Origin: a bacterium
GTDB lineage: Bacteria; CLD3; SB21
Reading direction: 5' to 3'
Length of the DNA: 57,977 nt
Assembly: GCA_013360215.1 (NCBI GenBank)
Contig: JABWCP010000020.1
Span: 1 to 57,977 of the forward strand
Made by a program: the position numbers and the translations under genes. Positions 18,112 to 28,229 of the stretch are shown in pieces. The notes under the pieces were generated by a model that saw only the letters and a program-made list of their open reading frames with translations, was not told the origin of the DNA and made no database searches. Position 1 is the stretch's first letter. The number at the start of each line of letters is the position of its first letter.

Positions 18112-18202
18112 CGGAGAAGGGGAGATTCGAACTCCCGATACGGCTTTACAACCGTATGGCGGTTTAGCAAACCGCTGCCTTAAGCCACTCGGCCACCTCT
18201 CC
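18112..18202 (-). tRNA. tRNA-Ser(GCT)
   Basis: Minus strand GGAGAGGTGGCCGAGTGG...GCGGT-TTGCTAA-ACCGC, long variable arm, GTTCGAATC T-loop; CCA not encoded. Confidence 0.95.
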
Positions 18203-18239
18203 CAATGCATTCGTATATGGATCACATCCAAAAGAACAG

Positions 18240-18322
18240 CGGAGGATGAGGGACTCGAACCCCCAAGTCCTTTCGGACGGCAGTTTTCAAGACTGCTGAC
18301 TTACCAATTAGCCTAATCCTCC
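18240..18322 (-). tRNA. tRNA-Ser(TGA)
   Basis: Minus strand GGAGGAT...GCAGT-CTTGAAA-ACTGC, variable arm GTCC-GAAA-GGAC, GTTCGAGT T-loop; CCA not encoded. Confidence 0.93.
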
Positions 18323-18365
18323 ATTCCAAAAAGGCCATTTACCTACCGTCTTAAAAACGGGACGC

Positions 18366-18394
18366 AATATAGGTGAAACCATCATTGCAGTCAA
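18366..18394 (-). promoter_or_regulatory. tRNA operon promoter with GC-rich discriminator
   Basis: Minus strand TTGACT-17 nt-TATATT followed by GCGTCCC. Confidence 0.7.
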
Positions 18395-18406
18395 CTATTT
18401 ATTCGC

Positions 18407-19525
18407 TTAAATCACTTTGAGGCGTGTATTAGCAAAAAAAGTTTTCTGCCCCAACGCCTTCGACCGATCTTCCGCCGTACCGTAGTGAATAATGCTTACC
18501 ATAGAAGCCAGATTGCGCGCAACCTGCATAAAAGCTTTGGCATTCACCGAATCCGGTTTCGCCAAAACGATCGGCGTACCGGCATCGCCCGCCATACGCG
18601 TCTCGATATCCAGCGGCACTTCACCCAAAAAAGGTACTTCATATTTTTCAGCCGCCTTTTGCGCTCCCCCATGCGAAAAAATATCCGTACGGTGATTACA
18701 ATTGGGGCACACATAATAACTCATATTTTCGATAATACCGAGAATCGGCACATTGACTTTTTGGAACATCCCCACGCCGCGTTTGGCATCCAAGAGGGCG
18801 ACATCCTGCGGCGTTGTCACGATGACGGCGCCGACAAGATGAACAACCTGCGACAGCGTAAGCTGCGCATCTCCTGTACCGGGCGGCATATCCACGATCA
18901 GATAATCCAGTTCGCCCCAGGCCACATCGCGCATCAACTGGGTCAGCGCCTGTGCGACCATAGGACCGCGCCATACAAGCGCTTGCTCCTCCGGCATAAG
19001 AAATCCGATGGACATCATCTGAATGCCGTGATGCAGGATCGGGTCCATACGCTGACCATCCGTGGAACCCGGCTTCTCCGAAGTCCCCATCATCAGCGGA
19101 ATACTCGGCCCGTAAATATCGGCGTCCAATAATCCGACTTTCGCACCCAACATACCAAGCGCTACCGCGAGATTGGTCGCGACGGTGGACTTTCCCACAC
19201 CGCCTTTACCGCTCGCTACAGCAATGACGTTTTTAACACCGGGCAATAAATTACTTTGGTTCATGGAACCTTTATTTGCCGGAATCCGCGACGTCATGGT
19301 GATTTCCACCGAGGTCACGCCGCTGATCTTAGCCACGGCATCATGACTTTGCTGTTTGAGCAAATCTTTGACGGGACAAGCCGGTGTGGTCAATTCGATC
19401 TTGAACGCCACTTTACCGCCGTCAATGACGATGTCTTTTACAAATCCGAGCGATACGATGTCTTTATGCAAATCGGGATCTTGTACTATTTTCAATGCAG
19501 CCAATACTTGCTCTGACGTCAACAT
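18407..19525 (-). CDS. apbC: Mrp/ApbC iron-sulfur cluster carrier ATPase
   Basis: DPDL/TTPACP N-terminal domain, SGKGGVGKST, DMPPGTGD, ENMS, CPNC. Confidence 0.93.
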   Translation of the reverse strand: MLTSEQVLAALKIVQDPDLHKDIVSLGFVKDIVIDGGKVAFKIELTTPACPVKDLLKQQSHDAVAKISGVTSVEITMTSRIPANKGSMNQSNLLPGVKNVIAVASGKGGVGKSTVATNLAVALGMLGAKVGLLDADIYGPSIPLMMGTSEKPGSTDGQRMDPILHHGIQMMSIGFLMPEEQALVWRGPMVAQALTQLMRDVAWGELDYLIVDMPPGTGDAQLTLSQVVHLVGAVIVTTPQDVALLDAKRGVGMFQKVNVPILGIIENMSYYVCPNCNHRTDIFSHGGAQKAAEKYEVPFLGEVPLDIETRMAGDAGTPIVLAKPDSVNAKAFMQVARNLASMVSIIHYGTAEDRSKALGQKTFFANTRLKVI

Positions 19526-19547
19526 ATTTTACTGAGCTCCTGGTGTT

Positions 19548-20309
19548 TTATATACCGTCTTTCAAAACCGGCTGTATCGGACCTTCGATGCGGCCTTCGA
19601 TAAACTGCTGGACGACGGGATCGTTTGTAGATTTCAGTTGGTCGATAGTTCCGTTAAATCGCACCTGACCGTAGTGCAGCATCGCCACGCGATCAGAAAT
19701 CGTGTACACACTGCGCATATCATGCGTGACGACGATAGAAGTAATCTTGAGTTCTTCATTGAGCCGCACGATCAAGTCATCAATGATCGCCGACATGATG
19801 GGATCCAAACCGGTGGTCGGTTCATCATACAGTACGTATTTAGGATCCATGGCAAGCGCACGGGCCAAGCTCACGCGTTTTCGCATACCACCCGAGAGTT
19901 CGGATGGTTTGTATTTTTCAATACCCGGCAAGCCGACCATATCCAGCAATTTGGCAGCTTTGACGCTCATTTCCTGTTTGCTCATTTTGGTATGCTCATA
20001 CAGACCGAGAGTGATATTTTCTTCGACGGTCATCGAATCAAATAACGCACCGTTTTGAAACACGAGCCCCATTTTTTTTCGCACTTCGGAAAGTTCGTCA
20101 CGCGTCAGTTTTCCTATTTCTTCATTTTCGATAAGAACGCGCCCTCGGTCCGGTGTCAATAAGCCGACGATGTGTTTGAGCAAAACACTTTTACCGCAAC
20201 CGCTGCGCCCGATAATGGTCGTAACTTTACCGGACTCGATTTCGAGGTTGACGCCGCTGAGAATTTTTTTATCGCGGAAATATTTGTATAAATCAAAAAC
20301 TTGGATCAT
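19548..20309 (-). CDS. mlaF: MlaF/Ttg2A-type ABC transporter ATP-binding protein
   Basis: GRSGCGKS, LSGGMRKR, YDEPTTGLDP; adjacent to mlaE. Confidence 0.85.
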   Translation of the reverse strand: MIQVFDLYKYFRDKKILSGVNLEIESGKVTTIIGRSGCGKSVLLKHIVGLLTPDRGRVLIENEEIGKLTRDELSEVRKKMGLVFQNGALFDSMTVEENITLGLYEHTKMSKQEMSVKAAKLLDMVGLPGIEKYKPSELSGGMRKRVSLARALAMDPKYVLYDEPTTGLDPIMSAIIDDLIVRLNEELKITSIVVTHDMRSVYTISDRVAMLHYGQVRFNGTIDQLKSTNDPVVQQFIEGRIEGPIQPVLKDGI

Positions 20310-20320
20310 ACTTTTTTTTA

Positions 20321-21136
20321 TTATAAGAGCAACACGGAGGCGACCAAATAATCATTGACGAGAATCGCCGCGCTGGATAATACAAACGCTTTGATCGTGG
20401 CCATACCTACGCCCTCGGCACCACCCTCTGTCGCAAAACCGACAAAACATCCGACGATCGCTGTGGAGGCACCAAAAAATACGGCTTTGATAAGACCGGA
20501 AAACAAATCGGTCATGGTCATAAATTTTTGCACGCTTGACAAAAACGCCTGCGGCGAAACATCCATCGTCGTAAATCCGATAAACATCGAACCGCAAATC
20601 GCAACAATGTCCGTAAAGATAATCAGAACCGGCATCATCAGAAGTCCCGCCAGTATACGCGGCAATGCCAGATAACGAATCGGATTGATCGCAAGCATCT
20701 CCAGCGCATCTATTTGTTCCGTCACCTTCATCGTACCGATTTCTGCAGCGATGGATGCCGCAAATCGTCCCGACAAAACCAAACCCGTAAGCACCGGTCC
20801 AAGCTCCGTCGTGATCGCACGTGACGTTGCTGAACCCAGCAACAGATTGGGTGAAGCTACACCCTGAAGTTGATAACCGGCTTGGACGGCAGATGTCATA
20901 CCTGCAAAAATCGCCGTAACACATACCAGCGGCAGTGAATTAACGCCGACCAGATTCATCTGCTCGACGATCAAATGGCGATCTTTGAAAACATACCGCA
21001 AATTGCGTGCAGCCTGAAAAACGAGAATGGCCGATTCGCCCAAACCCGTGAAAAAAGAAATTGTCTTTTTTCCAAGCTTGTCGAGCAGTGTATAACTGCC
21101 GATCGTGAGAATAATATTTCGAATATATCCAAACAT
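20321..21136 (-). CDS. mlaE: MlaE family ABC transporter permease
   Basis: ELGPVLTGL...GR...AEIGTMKVTEQIDAL; GAEGVG.AT. Confidence 0.9.
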   Translation of the reverse strand: MFGYIRNIILTIGSYTLLDKLGKKTISFFTGLGESAILVFQAARNLRYVFKDRHLIVEQMNLVGVNSLPLVCVTAIFAGMTSAVQAGYQLQGVASPNLLLGSATSRAITTELGPVLTGLVLSGRFAASIAAEIGTMKVTEQIDALEMLAINPIRYLALPRILAGLLMMPVLIIFTDIVAICGSMFIGFTTMDVSPQAFLSSVQKFMTMTDLFSGLIKAVFFGASTAIVGCFVGFATEGGAEGVGMATIKAFVLSSAAILVNDYLVASVLLL

Positions 21137-21139
21137 AGT

Positions 21140-22660
21140 TTATTCCGGTCGCATCGTCGGAAAAAATAACACATCGCGTATGGAATCCTGACCCGTCATG
21201 ATCATGACAAGGCGATCTATACCGATACCCTCACCCGCTGTCGGCGGCATGCCGTATTCTAAAGCCCGCAGAAAATCTTCATCCAAAACCTGTGCTTCTT
21301 CGTCGCCCCGCGCACGCAAACCCATCTGCGCTTCGAAGCGCTCACGCTGATCCAACGGGTCATTGAGCTCGCTGAAAGCATTGGCCACTTCGCTGCCGAG
21401 AATAAACAATTCAAACCGCTCAACCACGCCATTTTTGGAACGATGTTTTTTGGCCAGCGGAGAAATCTCAATCGGCTGTTCGGTGATAAACACCGGTTGG
21501 ATCAAATGCTCCTGCACTTTCGCGCTAAAAATTTCGTCAATCAATTTTCCGCGATCCATGGATTTTTCGGTCGGAATATGCAGCGTTTTGCAAACCTCGC
21601 GCAACGCGGCTTCATCCATAGCCGACACATCGATCTGTGTATATTTTTTGATCGCATCAAACATAGAGAGCCGCTCGTACGGCGGTTTGAAAGATACCGT
21701 ATGCCCCATGGATTCGATGCTATCTTTACCATGTACCCGATGGCAGACAAAACCAAGCATGTCTTCGGTAAAAGTCATGAGATCATTAAAATCCTGATAC
21801 GCAGCATAAAACTCCAGCATCGTAAATTCGGGATTATGCGTGCGATCCATACCTTCATTACGAAAAATCTTGGAAATTTCGTACACGCGATCAATACCTC
21901 CGACGATGAGCCGCTTGAGGTACAGCTCCAACGCGATACGCATATACAGCTTGATGTCGAGCGCATTGTGGTGCGTCACAAAAGGCCTGGCGGATGCACC
22001 GCCATACAACGGCTGTAAAATCGGCGTTTCAACTTCCAGGTAACCGTGCTTATCCAAAAATTCGCGAATACCTGAAATCACGCGCGATCTTTTTTCAAAA
22101 GTATCCCGCACTTCGGGTCTCAGGATCAGATCGGCATAACGTTGACGATATCTCAACTCCACATCGTCCATCGCGGAAAAACGCTGTACCGTACCGTCGT
22201 CGTTGATCTTTTCTTTTCCGGCCGGAAGCGGACGCATGCTCTTGGAAAGCAATACGACTTCTTCCGCTTTAATAGTGATTTCGCCGGAGTGCGTCTTAAA
22301 AAGTACGCCTTTGACTCCGATATGATCGCCGATGTCATACAGCTTACTAAACGCTTCATACGCGGCTTCACCGATGGCATCTTTACGCACATAGATCTGA
22401 ATTTTTCCCTGCGGGTCCATAATATGTGCAAACGCCGTTTTGCCTTTGCTGCGCAACGACATGATACGACCGCATACGCGTATCCGACGCACATCCGGAT
22501 TGTCTAATTGCGTGTCATCTTTGACACCGAGTGCTTCAAAATTTTCTGTCAACTCCTGCGACATCGCATCCCGTTCATATTTGTAAGGATACGGATTGAT
22601 TCCGACTTCACGAAGTTTGTCTAATTTTTCCCGTCGTACGCGTAATAATTCTTCTTCCAC
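21140..22660 (-). CDS. lysS: Lysine--tRNA ligase (class II)
   Basis: OB fold, YRQRY, GGASARPF, FRNEG...HNPEFTMLE, YGMPPTAGEGIGIDRL; GTG start. Confidence 0.97.
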   Translation of the reverse strand: MEEELLRVRREKLDKLREVGINPYPYKYERDAMSQELTENFEALGVKDDTQLDNPDVRRIRVCGRIMSLRSKGKTAFAHIMDPQGKIQIYVRKDAIGEAAYEAFSKLYDIGDHIGVKGVLFKTHSGEITIKAEEVVLLSKSMRPLPAGKEKINDDGTVQRFSAMDDVELRYRQRYADLILRPEVRDTFEKRSRVISGIREFLDKHGYLEVETPILQPLYGGASARPFVTHHNALDIKLYMRIALELYLKRLIVGGIDRVYEISKIFRNEGMDRTHNPEFTMLEFYAAYQDFNDLMTFTEDMLGFVCHRVHGKDSIESMGHTVSFKPPYERLSMFDAIKKYTQIDVSAMDEAALREVCKTLHIPTEKSMDRGKLIDEIFSAKVQEHLIQPVFITEQPIEISPLAKKHRSKNGVVERFELFILGSEVANAFSELNDPLDQRERFEAQMGLRARGDEEAQVLDEDFLRALEYGMPPTAGEGIGIDRLVMIMTGQDSIRDVLFFPTMRPE

Positions 22661-22696
22661 AATGCCCTCTGTATGATTGCTATACTTCTGATATGG

Positions 22697-23308
22697 TTAA
22701 TGCTTTTTTTGATAAATTACAAATCGTTCTTTTTCCCTTCGCTTGGGAACCGAATGCGTCGGTATTTCATCCAGCAATGATGTAAACTTCGATGAAAAAT
22801 GCCGATCCACATCGTCATACCGCACGGTAAACGGCGGCCCGTCCGGTCTTTCGTCCAACGGAAAAAACAAACCGATCAGGTACCCGCCCGGTTTGAGGAT
22901 CGTATGAACAATCTGCACGTATTCGTCCCGTCGTATCGGGTCAATCGCACAGAAACATGTATATTCCAAAACAAAATCAAACGCTTCGTTGTGCGATTCA
23001 TGCAGCTTAAAAATATCTTTTTGCAATGTACGAATGCCGGGATAATTTTTCTGAAGCGATTGCAACGGCGATTCGGCAAAATCAACCGCTGTCACGTCAA
23101 AACCATGCTGCGAAAAAAGCGCCGCATCATGCCCTGTACCACAACCCAGTACCGCAATGGATCCCGTGCCAAGTTGATTGCGATGCGCAAGCCATTCCGC
23201 AAATACCGGCGTTGCATGCCCGATATCCCAACGCGGGCGCTCGTTTTGATAAATATGATCCCAAAAATCAGGGTTATTGACCGTACCAGTCTGTAAATTC
23301 TTCGACAT
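22697..23308 (-). CDS. SAM-dependent methyltransferase, TPMT/thiol-halide methyltransferase-like
   Basis: WDIG, LGCGTGHDA, EYTCFCAI, GPPF. Confidence 0.85.
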   Translation of the reverse strand: MSKNLQTGTVNNPDFWDHIYQNERPRWDIGHATPVFAEWLAHRNQLGTGSIAVLGCGTGHDAALFSQHGFDVTAVDFAESPLQSLQKNYPGIRTLQKDIFKLHESHNEAFDFVLEYTCFCAIDPIRRDEYVQIVHTILKPGGYLIGLFFPLDERPDGPPFTVRYDDVDRHFSSKFTSLLDEIPTHSVPKRREKERFVIYQKKH

Positions 23309-23317
23309 CAGATCAGA

Positions 23318-23713
23318 TTAATTTACGCTCCTTTTTTTAAACTCGTCATTAATTTTGTTTAACTCAGCTTTCAACAAAGCGACCTCTTGCGCGAGTATTT
23401 TATTGCGTTCGGTTAGCGAAGAAATAACTACCGAAAAATGAATCATCATAAGTAATCCGAAACCAAGCGCCACTAAAAACAATAACGCCGGAGCGTATCC
23501 AACACCCAAAAGGTGAGCCAATTTATCCAACCCATTGCGCCATATTGATAATACGATCATAACTATCCCGGCCACTAACCACAGAAGCGCGTACCTTTCT
23601 TGTAGCTTTTTTCTACGTATCAGCTCGATTATAAAACCAATGATAAAAAGACTACCCACCACGGCGATAATCTGAATTCTAAAAATTTCAACTCCGGTAT
23701 TTAATTCAGGCAT
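23318..23713 (-). CDS. DUF2304 family membrane protein
   Basis: RRKKLQERYALLW...LAQEVALL; typical partner of GT2 genes. Confidence 0.85.
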   Translation of the reverse strand: MPELNTGVEIFRIQIIAVVGSLFIIGFIIELIRRKKLQERYALLWLVAGIVMIVLSIWRNGLDKLAHLLGVGYAPALLFLVALGFGLLMMIHFSVVISSLTERNKILAQEVALLKAELNKINDEFKKRSVN

Positions 23714-23735
23714 ATCTATACCTCGCGATTCTCAC

Positions 23736-24455
23736 CTAACGTTGGTTTTGTTTTTTAAAAACGTTGACACCTATAGCCAGTAATACTTTGGCCATATAAT
23801 AAACCGAAGACATCGAACCTATTGAGGAAGTACCACCTTGCCGTTCACGCATGACGACCGGCGTTTCGCAAATTTTAAACCCGCGTAAACCCAATACGAT
23901 GACAGCTTCCGGTTCCGGATAATCGGATGGATATTCCTCGGCAAGCAACGCGATAGCCTGTTTATTATATGCGCGAAAGCCGGATGTATTATCCGTGATA
24001 CGTTGGCCGATGATTGCCGAATTAACCCATTCAAAAATACGAATCCCGATACGACGAAGCCATGTGGACTGAAATCCTTCTCGGTTTAAGAAACGCGAGC
24101 CGATCACCATATCAGCGGTACCTTCTTGCAAAGGGCTTATCAATTTATGAATAAAGGACGGATCATGCTGACCGTCCCCGTCAATCTGTATAGCCATATC
24201 AAATTTTTTGTCGCGTGCATATCGAAAACCGCATTGTACTGCACCGCCAATACCTAGATTATATGGCAAATCCAAAACAACCGCGCCGGTTGTACAAGCA
24301 CAATCGGAAGTGTTGTCCGTAGATCCGTCATTAACTACGAGCACTGTCGCACGAATATTCGACAACGTATCCGTAGCTTTTTGAACTCGAAGCACGACAT
24401 CTGCTATATTCGAAGCTTCATTGTACGCCGGAATAATCACCAAAAGACGATTCAC
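23736..24455 (-). CDS. GT2 glycosyltransferase (polyprenol-phosphate sugar synthase-like)
   Basis: IIPAYNEA, VNDGSTD, DGDGQH, GSRF, DNTSGFRA; probable GTG start at 24455 overlapping the upstream stop. Confidence 0.9.
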   Translation of the reverse strand: MNRLLVIIPAYNEASNIADVVLRVQKATDTLSNIRATVLVVNDGSTDNTSDCACTTGAVVLDLPYNLGIGGAVQCGFRYARDKKFDMAIQIDGDGQHDPSFIHKLISPLQEGTADMVIGSRFLNREGFQSTWLRRIGIRIFEWVNSAIIGQRITDNTSGFRAYNKQAIALLAEEYPSDYPEPEAVIVLGLRGFKICETPVVMRERQGGTSSIGSMSSVYYMAKVLLAIGVNVFKKQNQR

Positions 24456-26008
24456 TGGATTTCCACTTTTTGTAATTGTCGCCGAACATTCCAACCCGTT
24501 ACTATGACAAATCCAACCATTACTATCACAGACAAAAGAATCAGGGTTTTCGAAACTCCGGCATAATAGAGATACATGAACCAATAGTCAATGAGATACG
24601 TTACTTTGGAACGGTCCTCTTCCGAGAGCGGGATGCGCTCATCCGTGGCGCGAATGGACAACACACCAATATCCCCGTTCCAGTGTTTACTGATAGCCTC
24701 GCCCATAAGTTCCCAGTGACCGACCACTGGGGAATAATTGGGAACAAAATGTGATTTATATAAAAACTCCGGATCAGAAAATTCCCGCGTATACGGATAT
24801 TCGCCCAAATATCGGTAATAACTTCCCAGATAGATGGTCATTCCGCCAAATTGGATCAGCAAACCGATTACCGCGAGCATTTGTATCATAAAATGCAAAG
24901 TTCGGTTTTTTTTGATAGTTTCATACACGTAAGTTCCTATGACTATAAAAAGCAAAGGAACTATCGGAAGAAGATATCGCGGCCCCCAACTCCCGTCGCC
25001 GGCCCACGCTACAAATTTAGCATGGAGCGCTATGAATGTGCAGCACACTATCGCTATTACTGTAAATAACTTGAACTCTCTTTGTAAAAAACAACGTGCC
25101 GCCGGGAATATAAGTATGGTAAGCGGTGCGTAGAGAAATAAACTTTTTCCGGAACTAAAAAGTAATCCGTATACCCCGACTAAAAAAGGATTTGAAAAAG
25201 GGTTTTGTATTTTGGAATAACCCGATGTAAAAGGCCCACCGAAAATTAACCAATTGTAGCATACGGCCATTCCGATAAAAACACTCACCCAGGCACTGAA
25301 GATACTTACCGGTATAACCACATTTGCCGCTCGCAACCAATCCTTAACACGAAGACGGTTATCATATAAAACCCATACCAGATATGAACCAAAAACCGGT
25401 ACAAAAATCAAAAATGAAGGTTTGATCAATACAAGCCAACCTGCAGCAATTCCGGCCAAATGCAGATGCTTTCGCAATGAAGTTCGACCAAATGTAAAAA
25501 TTTCCATTATGGCCATCAGTACGCATACTGTTATCAGGGGTTCGCGCATCGAAGATTTAGAATACACAAACACATTAGTTGTAAACAACAACGCCGATGC
25601 CCATAAGAAAGCAAAACCCCAGGATACTCCCATGAAACGTAGGTAATGTATCATCAAAAGGCCGAGCAGAGCACATAAGATCGGATTGATCAGAGTGAAA
25701 ATGCCCTTGAGAACAAAAAGCGAATACGCTTCAGGAATTGAAAGTATTTTGGTTACCAATAAGCCGAGGGCATACATCGGTGCACCCAGTAACGTATAAC
25801 CGACACCACCTCCGACATAAAATCGGCCATCCACGCCGAATGCACCGTTATTGACGATACCGGTCGGTATAGCCAACGTTCCCCTCTCGACTACACTTTG
25901 CGCTTCGAGAAAATATGCCGTCTCATCGCTGGATGCAATCCTCCCGCCCGTGAAGAGTAAATTCACCGAAAGAAAGAAAATAAAAAGATGAATATATGTT
26001 TCTTTCAT
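24452..26008 (-). CDS. Multi-pass membrane GT-C-like glycosyltransferase
   Basis: SSDE motif after the first TM helix, many TM helices, WGPRYLLP. Confidence 0.7.
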   Translation of the reverse strand: MKETYIHLFIFFLSVNLLFTGGRIASSDETAYFLEAQSVVERGTLAIPTGIVNNGAFGVDGRFYVGGGVGYTLLGAPMYALGLLVTKILSIPEAYSLFVLKGIFTLINPILCALLGLLMIHYLRFMGVSWGFAFLWASALLFTTNVFVYSKSSMREPLITVCVLMAIMEIFTFGRTSLRKHLHLAGIAAGWLVLIKPSFLIFVPVFGSYLVWVLYDNRLRVKDWLRAANVVIPVSIFSAWVSVFIGMAVCYNWLIFGGPFTSGYSKIQNPFSNPFLVGVYGLLFSSGKSLFLYAPLTILIFPAARCFLQREFKLFTVIAIVCCTFIALHAKFVAWAGDGSWGPRYLLPIVPLLFIVIGTYVYETIKKNRTLHFMIQMLAVIGLLIQFGGMTIYLGSYYRYLGEYPYTREFSDPEFLYKSHFVPNYSPVVGHWELMGEAISKHWNGDIGVLSIRATDERIPLSEEDRSKVTYLIDYWFMYLYYAGVSKTLILLSVIVMVGFVIVTGWNVRRQLQKVEIQ

Positions 26009-27123
26009 ACGACGCGTCTAATTTCGTCTGTCATTTGCGCTGCTTTGATTGACCAACTGTTTTTCGCAGCTAAAGATTTAAGCTTTTCTGTATCTGCCTT
26101 ACTACGTAGAGCTTTGCCAACATATTGAACAAAGTCTTCGTCGGAATCCGCAATATAAACATGTGGAGCTAAATTACGAACTTCTTCAGAGAAGCCAAAC
26201 GTTACAGTTGGTTTACCGCAGGCTAGAAACTCATAGAGGGTATTTGGGTTTGCCCCCCAAATACGACGGTTATTGCGGAATGGTAAGATACACACGCTTG
26301 CACTGTGCATATACGAAGGTAGTTCAGCATGTTTTTTTTCTGAGATCAATATCAGCCCGTAAACTTGAGCCAGTATCCGTAGCTGCTCACCGGTAACCGC
26401 ATGTTTGATCGGGCCTAATACGACAAATGCCGCCTCAGGGAGTGATTCGATCAGTCGTGTTAATAATTCAACATTGAACCATTCTGCTACAGCTCCGCTA
26501 AAAAATACTACAGGTCGGTCTGTGGGCATTTCCACTGGCTTAATAGTAGGCTTCGAATCAAATAATTTAAAATCTACACCGTTTCCGATAACCGACACAC
26601 GCGATGGATTATGAGGTAGGATGTCCTCTACTAATTTTTTGGAAACTGTGGTAGTCACATTCGAAAGTCGAATGGTTTTTTTAAAAAACTCCTTTGCGGT
26701 TGGGAGTAATAGTGTAAACCCCAACGGATAATCATTGCAATCGTAAATCACAGCTTTTTTTTTCATGCGTCGAATGATATCGGCATAGTAAATATTGGAT
26801 GTTGCAATGACCCTTTCCGGCGCATCAAATCCTGTTTTTCGACATAACCATAACACCCACAATGAAGCTATCCATTCGATAACCGTACGAAACGGCCAAA
26901 GCACTTGCAACTTGTTAATCAGAGGGTAAGGTGTAGCTTTAAAAAAAGGAACGGTGGCATAAGTGACCCGCCCCTCACGAATAGGGTGAAATTGATTATT
27001 TTTACCTAACACAAAACTTTCGATAAACAGCACTTCCCAATCCGGCGGAAAATTTTCAATGATCTGCTGCTTACGCGTTTTGAGATACGTCCATTTTATT
27101 TCTGAAAACCAAACAACTTTCAT
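26005..27123 (-). CDS. GT4-like (GT-B) glycosyltransferase
   Basis: YDCND, GNGVD, LYEFLACGKP; start probably MKVVW at 27123 (ORF track uses 27141). Confidence 0.85.
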   Translation of the reverse strand: MKVVWFSEIKWTYLKTRKQQIIENFPPDWEVLFIESFVLGKNNQFHPIREGRVTYATVPFFKATPYPLINKLQVLWPFRTVIEWIASLWVLWLCRKTGFDAPERVIATSNIYYADIIRRMKKKAVIYDCNDYPLGFTLLLPTAKEFFKKTIRLSNVTTTVSKKLVEDILPHNPSRVSVIGNGVDFKLFDSKPTIKPVEMPTDRPVVFFSGAVAEWFNVELLTRLIESLPEAAFVVLGPIKHAVTGEQLRILAQVYGLILISEKKHAELPSYMHSASVCILPFRNNRRIWGANPNTLYEFLACGKPTVTFGFSEEVRNLAPHVYIADSDEDFVQYVGKALRSKADTEKLKSLAAKNSWSIKAAQMTDEIRRVV

Positions 27124-27130
27124 AGCATCA

Positions 27131-28069
27131 TCATTCTGCACAAATGCCTGTCGGTAGCTGTCGTCCGTTTAAAAAATCAGTTACATTCATTCGTTTTTTG
27201 GACGGGGGTTGCAATTCCAAAATCGCGACCACTCCATCACCGGTTTGAATCCATATTCCGTCTTGTTTATTAGAGACTATGATCGTACCGGGAGCCGACT
27301 GCTCGGCTTTTTTGACCGTTTCAATACGAAATATTTTGTACGCTTCACCATCAATGGTCGTCCATGCGCACGGATAGGGAGATAGTCCCCGCACCATGTT
27401 TTTTATTTCCCGAGACGATCTGGTCCAGTCAATACGGCATGTTTCTTTGAATAGTTTAGGTGCCGTTGTCGCCAATTGATCATCCTGCACGCGCGTCACC
27501 ACCTTATTCTCCGCGATAAGGTCAGCGGTTTCTAAAAACACGTCCGCGCCTATTTCTGATAAACGATCATGCAATTCGCCCACCGTTTCATTTTCACCGA
27601 TGATGGTTTTTCGTTGAAGAATAATCGTACCGGTATCCACTTTTTTCTGAATAAAAAAAGTAGTGACTCCGGTTTCGGATTCACCACGTATGATCGCCCA
27701 ATTGATCGGCGCTGCTCCACGGTATTTGGGCAGTAAAGAAGCATGCAAATTGATGCATCCCAAGGAAGGCAATTCAAAAACTTCGGGTGGTAATATTCGA
27801 TACGCTACGACCAAAAACACATCCGCATTATAAAAACGTAAAGACGCAATGAACTGCTCATCTTTGAGATTGTCAGGTTGTAGTACAGGCAGACCCAGTT
27901 CGACGGCCAATTCTTTGATGGGCGTAAAACTCACTTGCTGACCGCGACCGCGAGGAAGATCCGGCGTCGTAACAACAGCTACGACTTCGTGATGACTTTG
28001 GGCTAGTCGGCGGAGCGAAGGAACGGCAAATGCCGCCGTTCCCATAAATACAATGCGCAGTTTTTTCAT
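27131..28069 (-). CDS. fmt: Methionyl-tRNA formyltransferase
   Basis: IVFMGT, PRGRG, NLHASLLPKYRGAAPINWAI, VDTG. Confidence 0.96.
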   Translation of the reverse strand: MKKLRIVFMGTAAFAVPSLRRLAQSHHEVVAVVTTPDLPRGRGQQVSFTPIKELAVELGLPVLQPDNLKDEQFIASLRFYNADVFLVVAYRILPPEVFELPSLGCINLHASLLPKYRGAAPINWAIIRGESETGVTTFFIQKKVDTGTIILQRKTIIGENETVGELHDRLSEIGADVFLETADLIAENKVVTRVQDDQLATTAPKLFKETCRIDWTRSSREIKNMVRGLSPYPCAWTTIDGEAYKIFRIETVKKAEQSAPGTIIVSNKQDGIWIQTGDGVVAILELQPPSKKRMNVTDFLNGRQLPTGICAE

Positions 28070-28229
28070 AGCGCGGCAAAGGTAGCATGTTTTACGGGAA
28101 AAATGAAGCAGATTTTACAGAGTATGCAGATTATCTTTGTTAGAATAGAATTGCGTATGACAAGCAGTAATCCAACCAATCAAGTCATTATGTGCGAACA
28201 AATCAAAATTTGAAACTTCAGATTATACT

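Noticed and set aside
18240-18322. Selenocysteine or suppressor tRNA
   Set aside because: Anticodon TGA reads UCA (Ser); tRNA-Sec would have TCA and a longer acceptor stem
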